The translations under genes and the position numbers were made by a program. The notes beneath the pieces were generated by a model, which did not search any database, had not been told where the DNA came from, and saw only the letters and a list, made by a program, of their open reading frames with translations. A stretch of 64,000 nucleotides of DNA from Ptychomitrium polyphyllum (taxonomy: Eukaryota): the NCBI GenBank assembly GCA_973851085.1, contig OZ316775.1, positions 13,206,001 to 13,270,000 of the forward strand, given 5' to 3'. Shown here one piece after another: positions 39,001 to 52,482 of this stretch; positions within the stretch are counted from its first letter, which is position 1, and the number at the start of each line of letters is the position of its first letter.

Positions 39001-40666
39001 GCACACTCGTTCGTGCCAGTCTCTTGACTTCGTTTACAGATCGTAATTTTGGTTCTTCAGAAACCCAACAGTCGCACCCTAACTTCACCCTCCATGTGAT
39101 TTTATGTATACTGTGTGCTATATGAAGTTCTCTAGCATTCAATTCTTCGGTAATAACCTTAAATGATAAATCAACATAAAAGGGTAATCTTTAGTACTTG
39201 ACGTCACTGATTGGGTACTGGTAAAAGTACCCGCAAAACTTCATGAAATCCTATGGAGTATTGATTCTCCTATTCATAGGGAGAAGGGGGTTTTAAACCC
39301 CTGTTGTCAGTATAAAAGGAGCTGATAACCAGTCTCACCATCACTATTTTATCGCTGAAACACATCATTACTTTTTTAATTTTATCATTGAGGTCACTCA
39401 TTTCATTATTGCAATCACCGACTCGTTTCTTAACCAATTTTTTAAGGGATAGCTTCATATACGAACATTGGTGAGAGCTCTGTAACAAGCACGCCTCCTG
39501 ACTTCAAGTATTCGGTTCACAAGAAGCAACCAAAGTTTTAGGTGAAATTTTGTAGCAGAGACAACACACTAGCTTCGTTATTTGGATATCTCTTTCTCAG
39601 TTATGGATTAAACTTGGTCCGTAGTATCTTATTGAAAAGCCATGGCAAAATTTGGCTTATGACGTGAAACATTGAGTTCGTGGTGATATATTAAATGGCC
39701 AGCGTTGGGTTTGGCTGTGAAGAATGATGACATCACGAGGGCGTTGTCTGCTTTAAGAGAGCCTAAGAGTACCACGCCCCAAAGCCTATTTCAAGCCGAG
39801 ATCCCCCTGGTCGGCTCACCTGGACTCTCGTGTTCACAGCCGGGTCCCATCGTCCCACAGCTCATGTTCACACTGCTGGGTTCCTCAGTTCACAGCCCCA
39901 CACCGCGGATCAATTGGGCCTCCAATCCCACCGTCGACTGGCTCCCTCTGTCATTCCCGCGTGTTTCAATTCCCGTCCGATTCCTCAAATCATGGAATTT
40001 CTTGAGTCCACAACACGTTCACGCAGCAGTAGTTTGCACTTGGCAAGGAAATTAGTGATTAGGATTGCTGTAAGGAACTTATGCTGCTGCAATTCAAATC
40101 TTTTGGGCGACGAAGATTGTTCATTGTAGCTTCAGAGACAGAAAAAGCTTCTCATCGGACCAGAATCGGATACGGACCAGAAGAGGATTGAATATCCGCT
40201 GTTGTATCAATCCACAACAGTGTCAAGTTTACAAAAATCTAAACGAAGCCGAGAAGCAAACGTACGACTAGCCCGTCGAGTTCTTTCTCTAGAAAATGTA
40301 CACCAACTTTAAACAAAAAAAACAAGATTTCATCTAAGCAATCTACATTTTTTAACCACCTCATACCCTGCTGTTGCCTGTACGTCTGATATAATTGACA
40401 ACCCCTACCAGGTCGACACTCAGCGTCACTAGCTTTCTTACACAGATATGTGAAACATCATCTCCAGATTTAATCACTTGTGAGAAGACACAGTTGCATC
40501 TCGAGTACAGTAACTAAGAAAGCATTATAAAGGAATAGCTTTTGAGCTTTGTGCAGAACCTGGCAATCCAGCAAAGACTGCAGCATGGATCGTTTGCAAA
40601 AATGTTCCATGCGTTGATAGAAGCTTGTTGAGCAAGCTGTTAGATGTCTATGATAAACATGCGTCA

Positions 40667-42111
40667 TCATTTAGATTCATCCACGTCCATAGAAGCAGCC
40701 TCTGGTTCATGTGATGCAGCACCAGTGCTCTCATCCTGCTCCAGCAGCATGGATAGCAGGCATTACAAATAACTCCTAAAAGATGACGAGGAAGCATTGA
40801 TTATAAAAGAAGGAATTCAGAAAAACAGCTAAATAGAGCACCTGCAAGGATGCATCAAGTTCCGCTTGAGTTGTCTGCGCATCACCCACTACCCCTTGGT
40901 CTTTAGATTCAGTGGCATTTACACCTGTTTCTTCTGGTTGAGCACCACCCATGTTTGTGTCCTGCAGAAACACCATGAATTTTGGGACCTGTTTAGTATA
41001 ATTAGAATCATCAAAAAATTATCAAGCTCAACAAAGAATAATTATTGCTATCTCTGCGTATATGCATGGAACGTATATGCCACTGAAATGACAAAATCAG
41101 ACCGGAAGTCAAACCCACTGCATATAGCATTTTTACATCAAAACATACAAAAGCTCTAACTGAGCATGAATGATATGAATACCTGCTGGGCAACTTTGGC
41201 CTGAGCTTCACCCGTATCCAAAGTCGGATTTGTGAAAGCCTCTGCCTCTTTTTCCAATTTTGCCAAAGCTTCAGCTTCATCCGCAGCTTTCTGAGCCTCT
41301 TCACTTCTCTGTTGCAGGACTACTGAAACCTATGCAAGACAAGGCAACATTCATGACGTCTAAGAAAAACTGATCATTAGGGTTTTAAAAGAACACAAAT
41401 AGGGAACAAAAGCGTTGTAGCTCAGTACTCTACTCCCATGAATTAAATAGATAAGTACTCCATGCTTACTTAGCAAATGTTGTCATGTTACAAAGTGGCC
41501 GAGACATTGCAGGTCACCAAGGCACGTGCATATTATGCCCCTCAACTCCTGAAGGTATAATAATTATTACGATTGATGGAATTAAAATTTTATTTAAGAA
41601 AAAGAAAAGAGTAGAAAATTTACGGAAAGTGCTATGCTACAGAGGACAGAGTCTGGAAGAGACCTTACAGGCAAAAAACGCAGGGGTTTAGCTGGTGGTG
41701 GCTCCTCGGGGGTGGACTCTTTTGTTCCTGATATACGAAGAGTCCATGCAAAAGAAAATACAACGTGAAAACCGACATAGTACCACCATATATATCACCA
41801 AAAAACGAAAAAAAAAGTGAAGATCGTTGCTGCTCATGGCTGATCCGATGAAAGAGAAAGAATGTCACTCAATTCTCTCACAAACCCTCATTCAAACCGT
41901 AAGAAAGACTACGAGAGGTACCGTTGGGCACCGCAACAGGCATCCACTTATAAAGAAGAACGCGACAGGCTGCAGCGGAAGGAGTGGAGGAAGGCGCGAC
42001 AGGCGCCCAAGATTTCTTCCAGCGGCGCACTCGGCCCTGGAACACCGAAGCGGGACCATGGCGCGTGGACGAGCGGCTGCCCATACGCGTGCTCCCCAGA
42101 GCCCCCTCCAT
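40667..42111 (-). CDS. BCL7: BCL7-like (BCL_N domain) SWI/SNF-associated protein, plant BDH1/2-like; 5 exons
   Basis: Exons 42111-41922, 41727-41669, 41329-41183, 40961-40842 and 40735-40667, in phase. MEG..RMGSRSSTRHGPASVFQGRVRRWKKSW..LLYKWMPV..EEPP..LRFLPVSV plus an acidic tail. Confidence 0.88.
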
Positions 42112-44299
42112 GATGAAGAATCCGGGAACCTTGGAACCCGGAACGCGAAAACCCGAAGAAGAACACGGAGAAAAGGTTGCACAAATCGGTCTAGGGCGCC
42201 ATTGCCAGGTAGGTGACCATAGCACAAAGGGGGGCAAGGAGCGAGTGGGCAGCGGAGACCCAGCGCCACTGCGGTCTGCCTCCGTGCCTTGGCTACCCCC
42301 TTGCCCCGGCCAGAGTCGCTGCGTCGCTGCGCGGGTCCTTGTATCGATATATAGTCAATTGAGTCACGATACTCGTCGCTGAGCGGTTAGGGTTCACGTT
42401 GCGATGTGGAAATGTTGCAGAGCAATTGCAAGGGACTCCAGGGGCCGTCTTCGTAGAAGACATATACTAGAGAACGGAGCCGTTGCCGTTGCCGTTGCCG
42501 TGCGAGTGGGAGGCAAAGGCGATGGTGGTCGTTATGGTGGTGGCGGTGGGGTTGCGACCAGGGCTGTGCCGCACGGCCTGCAATGGTGCCATGGTGATTG
42601 CCCCCCCGTCATGCCCCCCCGTCCGTGACGCTAGCCATCCCTCTTGCATATTTAAGTAATCTTAGGGCAAGAAAAGAGTAGTACCAAAGCACCTATACTC
42701 TTATTGCGGAATGCAACCTGAAGCTCTTGTCCGGTAATCGTACACATACGCTTTTGGAGTTGGATTGAAATGTATCTTCTACCGTATAGCCCACATACTT
42801 GCACCAGTCAACAGTCAATTATTAAACATAGTATTAATCACGTATGTTTCAAATAAAATAAATGATATTGTAGTAGTAGCTTCAACATCATAGAATACTA
42901 ATAAGGTTATGAAGTGTCATGCATCTTATTTTTCTTCCTTGACTACATATTAAAAGCATTTAATTATAAGAATGGAGAGGATATAGGCTTTGAAATGTTA
43001 ACAAGATACTCTAAATGTGCAAAAGTTGAAACTTAAAGGTTTGGTCTCACATGCATCCATCCATTCTAACAAAAATTTATTGTGTTGGTTATACTTGAAG
43101 TACTAACTATTAGCGCTAAGTGCTATTTATATTATATATTTAATCCTAAAATAATTACAAGTAAATTATTGTGAAGTGTGAATTATATATAAGTTTTCTT
43201 GAAGTATAGCCTTCTTTATAAATTATCAAAATTTGTAATTAGAGCTATAAATCATTGTAAAGGCTAATGAATTACTTCACAAAACCACAATTTTTTTTTC
43301 ATCCATCCATTGATCTAAACCAATAGTATAGCCAAAGACATCAACAATCTTCCAAATGGATGTGTTGTAGTAATTGCTTACAATTTGCAACAGTCATAAT
43401 TTCAATGCTTCAAAAAATAAAGTCTATTTTCTTAACAATATCTTTTGTTTCTAAAAAGAAAAAAAAGCAAACTGGGTCTAGCTTGGAGACTTACAATGGA
43501 TTGGACTAATATATATGAGCATAACATAGAACTTGAATGAAAATAAAACCTACCTAATATTTTTAAATAAAAATATTGTAAGTTATGTTGGAATGTCATT
43601 TTAGCAATGGCTTGTAAATTACTAGAATTGAGGTTAATGCATATTTAATACTATAAAAGTTTTTCTATTTTATAGAGTTTTTATGTAGTTTCTACACTCT
43701 ATTAGGTCTATTTAATGAATATTGGTCTCAAGATAGAAGTATAAATGCAATAATTGGTAAAGTCCAATATATCAACCTTATCATGCAATGTTCATTAATT
43801 CATAGTCAATATAGTAGTCATAGCATGATTAAGTTTTAAAAGTCAAAACTTATGTTTGAGAAAGAGAGCAAGTGAGTGAAAGTGGAATCTGCTATCATAT
43901 AAGTAGTGAGCGGTAAAATGTGAGCAATGAGCAATAAAATGTAAGTAGTGAGTCCAAAGTTTTGGAATATATTATTGCCAATGATTGTGGAATTAAGAGT
44001 TCAAAAATTTATAAAAAAAAATTAAATTTGAATGACATGCGCAAAAGGTACATGCAAATGAAATAGTTAAACATTCCATTACTGTGGAAGAAACCTGTAG
44101 TTATGGAAGCAAGTTCCTATAACTACAAATAATTTTTATCATCCAAAAACATCAATGCTATATATGACTCATCAATGAATGTTTTTAGGATTGAAATATT
44201 ATTAAAATTAGCAAGCACTTTATGTTCATAGATAACATATTACATCACAATTTCTTGCTTTTGTTCAACTTTAAGCTAATGGGCCCTACTTGAAGGTTA

Positions 44300-44950
44300 T
44301 TTTGGATTTTTGAAGAATAATGTTTATTTCTTTTGGGATTTATTGCGCCTTAGTCTATGTTTGCAACTCTCAAATTCCTTAGTAATTAGATTCTTTGCTT
44401 ATTTGGCATCATTAGTAAATTCCTTTAGAATCAACAACATATATATAATGTTAAAGAATAAAAAATCTTGCCGTTGAATAAACCATGCTTCTAATGGATT
44501 TGCGGTGAACAATGAACTTTTTTATAAAACCAAACACTTCTATTGCAAGCAGTTATTGTAGATTCTAGATTTAAAAAGATTATTGTTGTAAAGTCAATGT
44601 CAATAAAAATATGAGCATCATGTGATGCTTTGATTGTTCCAAAATCTCTTATAATAACTCTAATAAAAAATATATCTTTATATTAAAAATTATTAAAATT
44701 GATTCTTTACTGAGATCTATAGCAAAGATTGCAAGGATAGGAAGTATGTTGCTAGGAATTATTACAACTTATATGCATTCAAGTATAAGAAATCAAGAAA
44801 GGATTTAAACTATAGAGACATTTAAGCAACAAAAAAAAATAAAACTTATTATGGCTATATGCAAGTATTTTAGCTTTTGTATTTTCAATAGACCTTTTAA
44901 GCTGTATCAATTAGAAAGTATAGGTTATGGTTATAAGAACTAGTGGAATG
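44300..44950 (+). mobile_element. Possible very old hAT-like transposase remnant
   Basis: Only IVDSRFK (resembling LDPRFK) near 44555, in AT-rich decayed DNA. Weak. Confidence 0.2.
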
Positions 44951-45725
44951 GTGAAATTCTATTATTCCATATACAGAGATTGCAATTAATTGCAGCATCC
45001 ATCTTCATTCAATATGGATGAATTTATTAGCAGAAAACTTAAGCCTGCTCATTTAAGTTTGAGGAACTTAAAACCTGTTCCTATTTCATGTCCAATACAA
45101 TCAATTATTGAATTAAAACAAATTGTTTCAACAATTGGTTAACTTCACACTAAATTTTAAAATTTTAAATACTAGACTAGTAATTTGAAACTTATCGTTT
45201 AAAAACTTCGTTCTATAATATTGATCAAGATTCAATATATTTGGTAAAAACCAATTTAATGAGGTCTAAATTCATCTAAAGCTTTCTATTTCTTCACGCC
45301 TACTTATCTTCAAAATATTGGTGATGTCTACCATACTCTTATCCAAATTTGTACTTCAATAAAACAAACTGACATAGAAATAATGAAAGTTAAAATTTTG
45401 ATTGTCATTCATTCATATATTCTTGTGATACAATGTGCAATGAAATGGTCCTACTTATTGTACGTTGCAAGAATTTAATAGAAGTGAAATGCATTGCAAC
45501 AACTATTTGAAGAATTGAACTCATGCACCTTGTACAATTTAATATGAATTAATATTGATTTTGTCATTGAAGAGATATATGAAAGAATATTATGTATTAA
45601 AGATTTTGAAGAATGAAGTGTTTCACGTCAAAAGCTTTGCTATATATAAATGGCAACATTGCAAGTCTTTTAATAATTAACAATGAAGGTACAAGTTTGG
45701 ATAATTTTGAACATTTGAATGCTAG

Positions 45726-46246
45726 TGTTACGGACATAGATCATGCAACATAGTGTTTGGAACATTGTAGAACCTTCTAGTATACTATAATAGTTTCTTA
45801 AAATACTTTTAGATGTCTCCATAGTCTTTCCATGTTCTTAGGAAGCTTCCTAGGAAAAATCCTCCACCTTAGAAAACTTCTTAGGAAGATTCTATCATTT
45901 TAAATAACTTCCTAGGAAACTTCCTATGAAGATTCCATTACCTTAGGAAACTTCCTAGGAAGGTTCTATTTCTTTAGGAAACTTCCTAAGAAGGTTCCCT
46001 AGACTCCAGAACATTCTTAAGCCTTGTAGGAAGCTTCTTTAGAAGTATCCTAGGAAATACAAACGTCATAGTATAAATAGGAGGCAAGACAAGGTATTCC
46101 TTAGTCTTGCCAACACAAGTTGTGGATCATCTTGAATCCTGCCTTGTTCTAGTCTTTGTATCAGATTCTTGTTAATCATTAGCTCTTTGGAAGCTAATTC
46201 TTGGGAAACACTTCGTTTCTACTTCTGGTTTCTTCTGTCCCTAACA
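45726..46246 (+). mobile_element. Solo LTR, chromovirus family A
   Basis: TGTTA...TAACA termini, perfect GCTAG TSD (45721-45725 and 46247-46251), TATAAATA and internal ~32-bp subrepeats. Confidence 0.95.
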
Positions 46247-46442
46247 GCTAGGGACTTGATAAAATATTCCTCATAATGGAACCATCCAAAATCCACTTGA
46301 ATTGCAGCTTCAGAAATTAGTGTAGAATATAATAGACTGACAAACCCAAAAGTATTGGAAGGCTTCTTATATACCTTTATGTAATTTAGAATCTAAAGTG
46401 TTAGTAGAAAAAGAACAATTATTGGACCTCCTTTGTGATACC

Positions 46443-49400
46443 TATCATGGACATAGATTATGCAAAGTAGTCTTAAGAATCTTTTAGAACCTGCGAAGAT
46501 ACTATAGTAGCTTTTTAGAATACTTTCAATGTCTCCATAGTTAATTCCATTTCCTTAGAAAACTTCATAGGAAGGTTCCACCACTTCAGGAAGCTTCTTT
46601 GGAAGGTTCTACCATCTTGGAAAACTTTGAAAGAAGGTTCCATAGCCTTCTAGAACATTCTTAGGCTTTATAGAAAGCTTCTTTAGTAGTATCTTAGGAG
46701 ATACAAGAGTCATAGTATAAATAGGAGGTAAGATAAGGTATACTTTAGTCTTGCCAACACAAAATGTAGATCATATTGTATCCTGCCTTCTTCTAGTCTT
46801 TGTATAAATTCTTATTAATCATTAGCTCTTTGGAAGCTAATTCTTGAAAAACACTTTGTCTCCGCTTCTTGTTTCTTGTGTCTGTAACAATTTGGCAAGA
46901 CTACTCTTTATCTTTGTCAGATCTAAAGTTCTTTGAAGAAGATTGTAGATTATCCATCTTCTTTAGGATTCCATAGTGTCTTAGAGGTCTTCAACCCTTA
47001 AGCTGGCACCATAAATTGGTTTCTTCTTTTAAAAACAAGTATTACTTCTTTTGCAAAAAGATTAATCTTTCAAGGGACGTGGATTACAATTTTTTGAAGA
47101 TATTCATAGTCATATTTTTTTGATAGTTTAAAGTAATAAATAACGTGCAATTATTTGTAAACCTTTAAAAGTTATTAAATACAGTTTGAACGAAACTCGC
47201 TTGCTTCAACACCAACAATAAATTAAAGCAATACACTGGAGAAGCTGAAGAATCCAATGGCAATATTCAAAGTCTACATCAAGAAGTTGTTTGGATGCGA
47301 GAGGCCAATATTGGAAGATAAGTCTTTATCAAAACCATGTCAAGCAAAAGATTAATATGCCAGACAAATTTTATGGATCGAAATCAAAATTGAAAGGCTT
47401 TGTTCAACAAATAAGGGTCTTTTTTAATTTGCATCAATCTCGCTATCCTAATGGCATTACTCAAGTGGGTTTTATAGCAACTCTTCTATCAAACAATATA
47501 CTATTGTGGTTTGCACCAATAATGGAAAAGCAATCATCATTATTGAATGATTTAGATGCTTTCATAGAAGCATTGATATTTAACATTGGAGACACCAACT
47601 GAGAGAGGGTGGCTGAAACAAGAATCTAGAATCTACAACAAAGACAACGCCTAGCTGCTACATATGCTGTAAAATTTTGACAACTAGCGTGCCACTTTAA
47701 TTGGAATGATAAGGCTTTGGTTATACAATTGTAATGGAGCCTAAGAAAGTATAAGAAAGATTTGTTACTTACAATGCCAAAAGTTGAAACTTTGGATAAA
47801 TTCATTACTAAAGCAATAATATGTGACAATAGACTATTTGAAAGGCGCCAAGATTAACGCTTGAAATGACAACCAGTACATCAAGGTATGACAATTATTT
47901 TTTTAAAAGTGTTGAAAAGCCGACCACAAAGACCAAAACCTATGCAAATTGATGCTACCTAGTCTAAACATTTAATTCCAAAAGAAAAAGAAAGGCGTCA
48001 AAGAAGAAACTTATGTTTGTATTGTGGCAAGTCTGGACATAAAGTGCGCAATTGCTAAATCAAAGGATCTGCCTTTAAGGCTCAAAACACAATGGTGGAG
48101 TTGAAAAACGAGGTTGTCGAGTCACTGTAGGGGCCATGCAATTGGACACCACAAAAAAACAACCATAAAATCAAGGTCTCTTACTACCTTTAAGCCTTAT
48201 CTTTTGCTTTATATTTCCTATCTAAATCGAATTGTTAGTTGATGAAATAGTTAGTGAATCTCTTATAGACATTGGTGCAACGACATACTTCATGATTAAG
48301 GATTTTGTTACGAAACACCGCATAATGCTTATGAATAAAAAACATTCCACATCTGTTGAAGTTATTGATGGATAATCTCTTGAGTCTAGCAACATTATTG
48401 AAGAAACTCAACCCTTGGAGGTTGTTTTAGGAGACCAAACATTTAAAATTGTCTTTAACATCATTCAATGCCAAAAAAATCCTTTTGTCTTGGGCCTTGT
48501 TTTATTTAACTTACATAATACAGACATTAATTAGCGCTCATGGAGTGTGGTTTTAAAGGACCATCATTTATTGGAGCTAAGGCATTCATGAGAGTAGCAA
48601 AGGATAAACCAATCAATGTCATTTATGCTCCGCCAATATCTGGCTTTATGTTAAAGATTAATCAAGGCATACCTCATCAATATTAAGACTATAAAGACGT
48701 TTTTGAAAAGAAGAATGCGGACATATTATCAAAGCATTGGCTTTATGATTATGCCATTAAGTTGCATGAAGGAGCCCAACCACCTTTTTGACCTATCTAT
48801 AATCCATCACAAATTATGTTAACTGCCTTGAGAGAATATATTGATGAAAACCTTAAAAAAGGCTTCATTGAACACTCTAAATTATTTACTGGAATGCTCA
48901 TCCTATTTGTAAAGAAAAAAAATTGATCATTACACATGTGTATGGACTATTGAGGCCTCAATGAAGTGACCAAAAAGAATCACTATCTATTATTATTTAT
49001 TTCAAGATTCTTACAACAACTTGGCAAAGCAAAGATATTCAACAAAATTGATCTTAAAGGAGCCTACAATCATATACACAACAAAAAAAGAGGCAAATGA
49101 AAAACACTCTTTTTATTTAGGTATGGCCCTTTTGAATACGATGTCATGCCTTTCGGCCTTACTAATGCTTTTATAGTCTTCCAACATATAATAAATAATC
49201 TTTTGCATGAGCATTTGTACAATTTTGTGATCATTTATTTGGATGGTATTTTAATATATTTTTTTAAATAAGAACAAGACTATGAATGTTGCAACCCTTA
49301 TAATGCACCTTAACAAACGTCACGCACGTCAACCTTGTACACTCCCACATGCACATGGTTAATCCCCATTTTCACTCTCCAAGCCCCAGACCTGGTTTCC

Positions 49401-51464
49401 AATTCTTCCTATCATTTCTCTTAAGACATCCAATTGATTGGTAGCCAATGGTTAGGTATGGACTTCCATTCATGTCTAAAGCCTCATTTAGTGTTACTCC
49501 CAATTTATATGGCTTAATCGCACTTAGTGTTGTCTCCTCACCACCACTTATGATTCCTATGTATTCCTAAGATTACCCCGGGCCACAATGGTGCCGGTGT
49601 AAAAATACCACTTTAACTTAGTAATAACAAGCGTATCTTTTAGATCTCACTAGTTTCTTTCGTAAAACCGGTCATCCATCGGCTTACAATGGTGTGGGAA
49701 TCCCCGTGGTGAAGCTCCAACACTAGCTCCATCTACCGGGACTCAACTTTGGTTCCTACCGAGACAATATGGGAGTAGAGAGGAGGACCAACCCTCCCCT
49801 ATAGTACTTTCTCTGGAATCTGGCAGGCCCCTTGGCCCTTTATAGCTGGCTAAACTTCAACACACTCAAAACTTTGGAAGACCATCCAATTTCCCATGAA
49901 ACTTAGCCGCGGGAAGCCTTAGGAACTTCCTGCGGACCTTCAGGGAGCCATATCTTTTATATTTGGTCTTCAAATTTATTGAAAATCCATTCTATTGTCA
50001 TCTACTATTTGCGTAGATGCCAATAGACTCCTTAAACATCCAATTTGACTAATTATTCTGGGAGGTAAAACTCTCCCAAGGTTTGGAACTCCCGAGGAGT
50101 CCCTCCCTGTACTGTTCTAGTTTAGCACAGTCATAGTTTAGGGTGCTATAGTCCAGAATAGCCCTTGGCAGCTCCAACTTTGAGATGCCATATCTTTTAA
50201 CTACCTTGTCCAATTTGAGCGATCTTTAGTATTCTAGAATCAACTTGTTGTGAAACCTCTAATGCCTAAATTTTTTTTCTTCGTGGCCCTCAGTTTACAT
50301 GAATAAGGATGTTTCTCCTCCTCGGGGTCCTTTTCACGCTAAGACCACTCGGGTCACCTCATTATCAGCGCCACAAGTCCCGAACGTCACTCTAAAGTCT
50401 TCCTTGTACCCTTAGTATTGTGGGCATTCTTCAAGGAGAAGTCTGCGGCAATAAATGTCATGAGCGGCTGTTTTTAGAAAAATTATGCTAGTAAAGATAA
50501 TTTGCCAAATTAGAAAAGTGCCTTTTCTATGAATTTTTGATTGAATTTTAGACTATATCATTTCCAAAAGAGGAATCCATATAGATGATAAGAAAATAAG
50601 CATTGTCATGGAGTGAATATGTCAAAATCAATTTAAAATGTTCAATGCTTTGTGGAATGCAAACTTCTACAAGATATTTATCAAATATTAATCTAAGACT
50701 GCGGCATCACTAACACAACTTATAGTGGAGCAAAAATTCACTTAGAATGAAGAAGCAAAAAGAGCATTTCAAGGTCTTAAGAAGTCATTCACATTGGCTA
50801 TAATCATTATTCATCCAAATCCATCAAAGCCTTTCTATTTAAAAACGGATGCCTCAAATTTTGTGCATTGCTCAATATTCTCACAATATGATGAAGACAA
50901 GAAACTCCACCCTATTGCCTTTTGTTCAAAGAAGTTATCAACGGCAAAAATCAACTATAATATATATAATAAGGAGTTATTTGCAATTGTAGATGCATTC
51001 AAAGATTGGCAACACTTGTTGGAAGGAGCTCAAGGTACCATCACAATATATAAGAACTTGAAGTATTTCATGAGTGTGAGTATTCTGAAGTATTATCAAG
51101 CAAGGTAAACTATGTTGCTTTCTAGATTTGACTTTGTCATTACTTATTGATCTAATAGCTTACAAGGTAAGTCAAATGCTTTATTTCAAAGATCTTATTT
51201 AGCTCCTCAACTTGGAGATGATGATTTGGATCAACAAAAGACTATTTTGTTGAAGCCACAAACATCTTCAATTGTAAGCAACAATTATTACCACAATATT
51301 TGATCTTGACAAAATTTGGAGGATTATGAAGAATAATGTCTTTGTTTTAAATATGAGGAGGCGCCTCAACAACAATGGAGATCCTTCAAATAGTAATAAG
51401 GACTTTGAATTCTAAAAGCACCTACTTTATAATAAACGACTTTTGTACCTACTTCTAATTCCTA
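46443..51464 (+). mobile_element. 3'-truncated Ty3/gypsy element, family A (5' LTR 46443-46889, gag, PR, RT, RNase H)
   Basis: gag KINMPDKFYG..GFVQQI..WFAP, zinc knuckle CLYCGKSGHKVRNC, protease LIDIGAT, RT KIDLKGAYN and MPFGLTNA, RNase H TDAS..HPIAF..KELFAIV. Many stops. Interrupted at 49287-50450 and cut off at 51465 just before integrase. Confidence 0.92.
49287..50450. mobile_element. Solo LTR (~1.16 kb, family C) inserted in the RT of the family A element
   Basis: TG...CA termini with flanks ATGAA/ATAAA. Host RT sequence resumes after it (compare 56541-56570). It is the reverse complement of 53108-54252. Confidence 0.9.
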
Positions 51465-52482
51465 TGTCTGACAAACATACATATTATAAGCATCTAGAAA
51501 AGTTCTTAGAAGTTTTACAAAGCTCCCAAGGAAATTGCCTTGATTTAAGAAGGTTCTAAGGAAATTGCCTTGACTTAGGAAGCTTTCAAGGAAATAATCT
51601 TCGGGTTGAAAAGCTTCCAGAGGAACTCAAGGTTGCTTGAGTACAAAGCAATGTACATGAAGCTTCTCAAGAAGCTTCCAAAGCTTGTAGTTCTGATATA
51701 TATAGGAGTCAAGGCTGATGAGCTCTTCAGTCTTGACAATGCATCTCTTGTGGTATAGTTTAAACTTTTTGGCCTTGTTTTTTGAACCTTATTGTAGCTG
51801 TATACCTCTAATATACTTTGGACATATCTTATTCCACATTCTAGAATCCTGGAACCTTGTCGTGTGGTTACTCTATCCATAATAGTTTGTCGAAACTGTC
51901 ATACAATAATATCAGAGCTTGGTTTTTCTTGATAGAGAGTAGATCACCCCTCTTTCTCAAAAGCACTATAACACTCTAGAGGTTGCAAAATACCCTCCTT
52001 TGGACTGATATTTCCTCATGAAGTTTCTTTAGTTTCTTGCACAGTTAGCAATTTTTATCTATTCTCATTTCATTTCTATGTTAGGGGGTGAAGAAATCAA
52101 TATGATTGATTCAAAAGAAACAAATTTTACTTCCATTATCTATGCCCTTAAACCATTGAGAACCAAGACCAAAACTTTATCCAAACAAAAAAAAGAACTA
52201 TATTTGACCATACATAATGGTAAAGGAATGGAAACACTGCAATTGCTATCTCAAGTCAACTCAGGTGCTTCATCATCTAGACTTGTTTTGATAGATGACA
52301 GACAAGCTTAAGCCAAGAATTCAATGCCAACAACCACAAAATCAAGAATCAGCCTTCCAAAAAAGTTTGATGGTACGTGTTCAAAATTATGGGGCTTTGT
52401 CAACCAAGTTTAATTTGTTACCTTGCTTCAACCTCTGCGGTATCCTACAGCCGCTTTGTGTGTTGATTTAGTAGGACCATTG
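51465..52482 (+). mobile_element. 5' part of a Ty3/gypsy element, family B (LTR 51465-51905, tRNA-Met-type PBS, start of gag)
   Basis: TG..CA LTR followed by taatatcagagc (decayed TGGTATCAGAGC). gag RISLPKKFDG..GFVNQV..QPLRYPT is cut at 52483. Confidence 0.85.

Noticed and set aside
41827..42649. Several overlapping ORFs in GC-rich DNA
   Set aside because: Shadow ORFs of BCL7 exon 1 and its GC-rich promoter.
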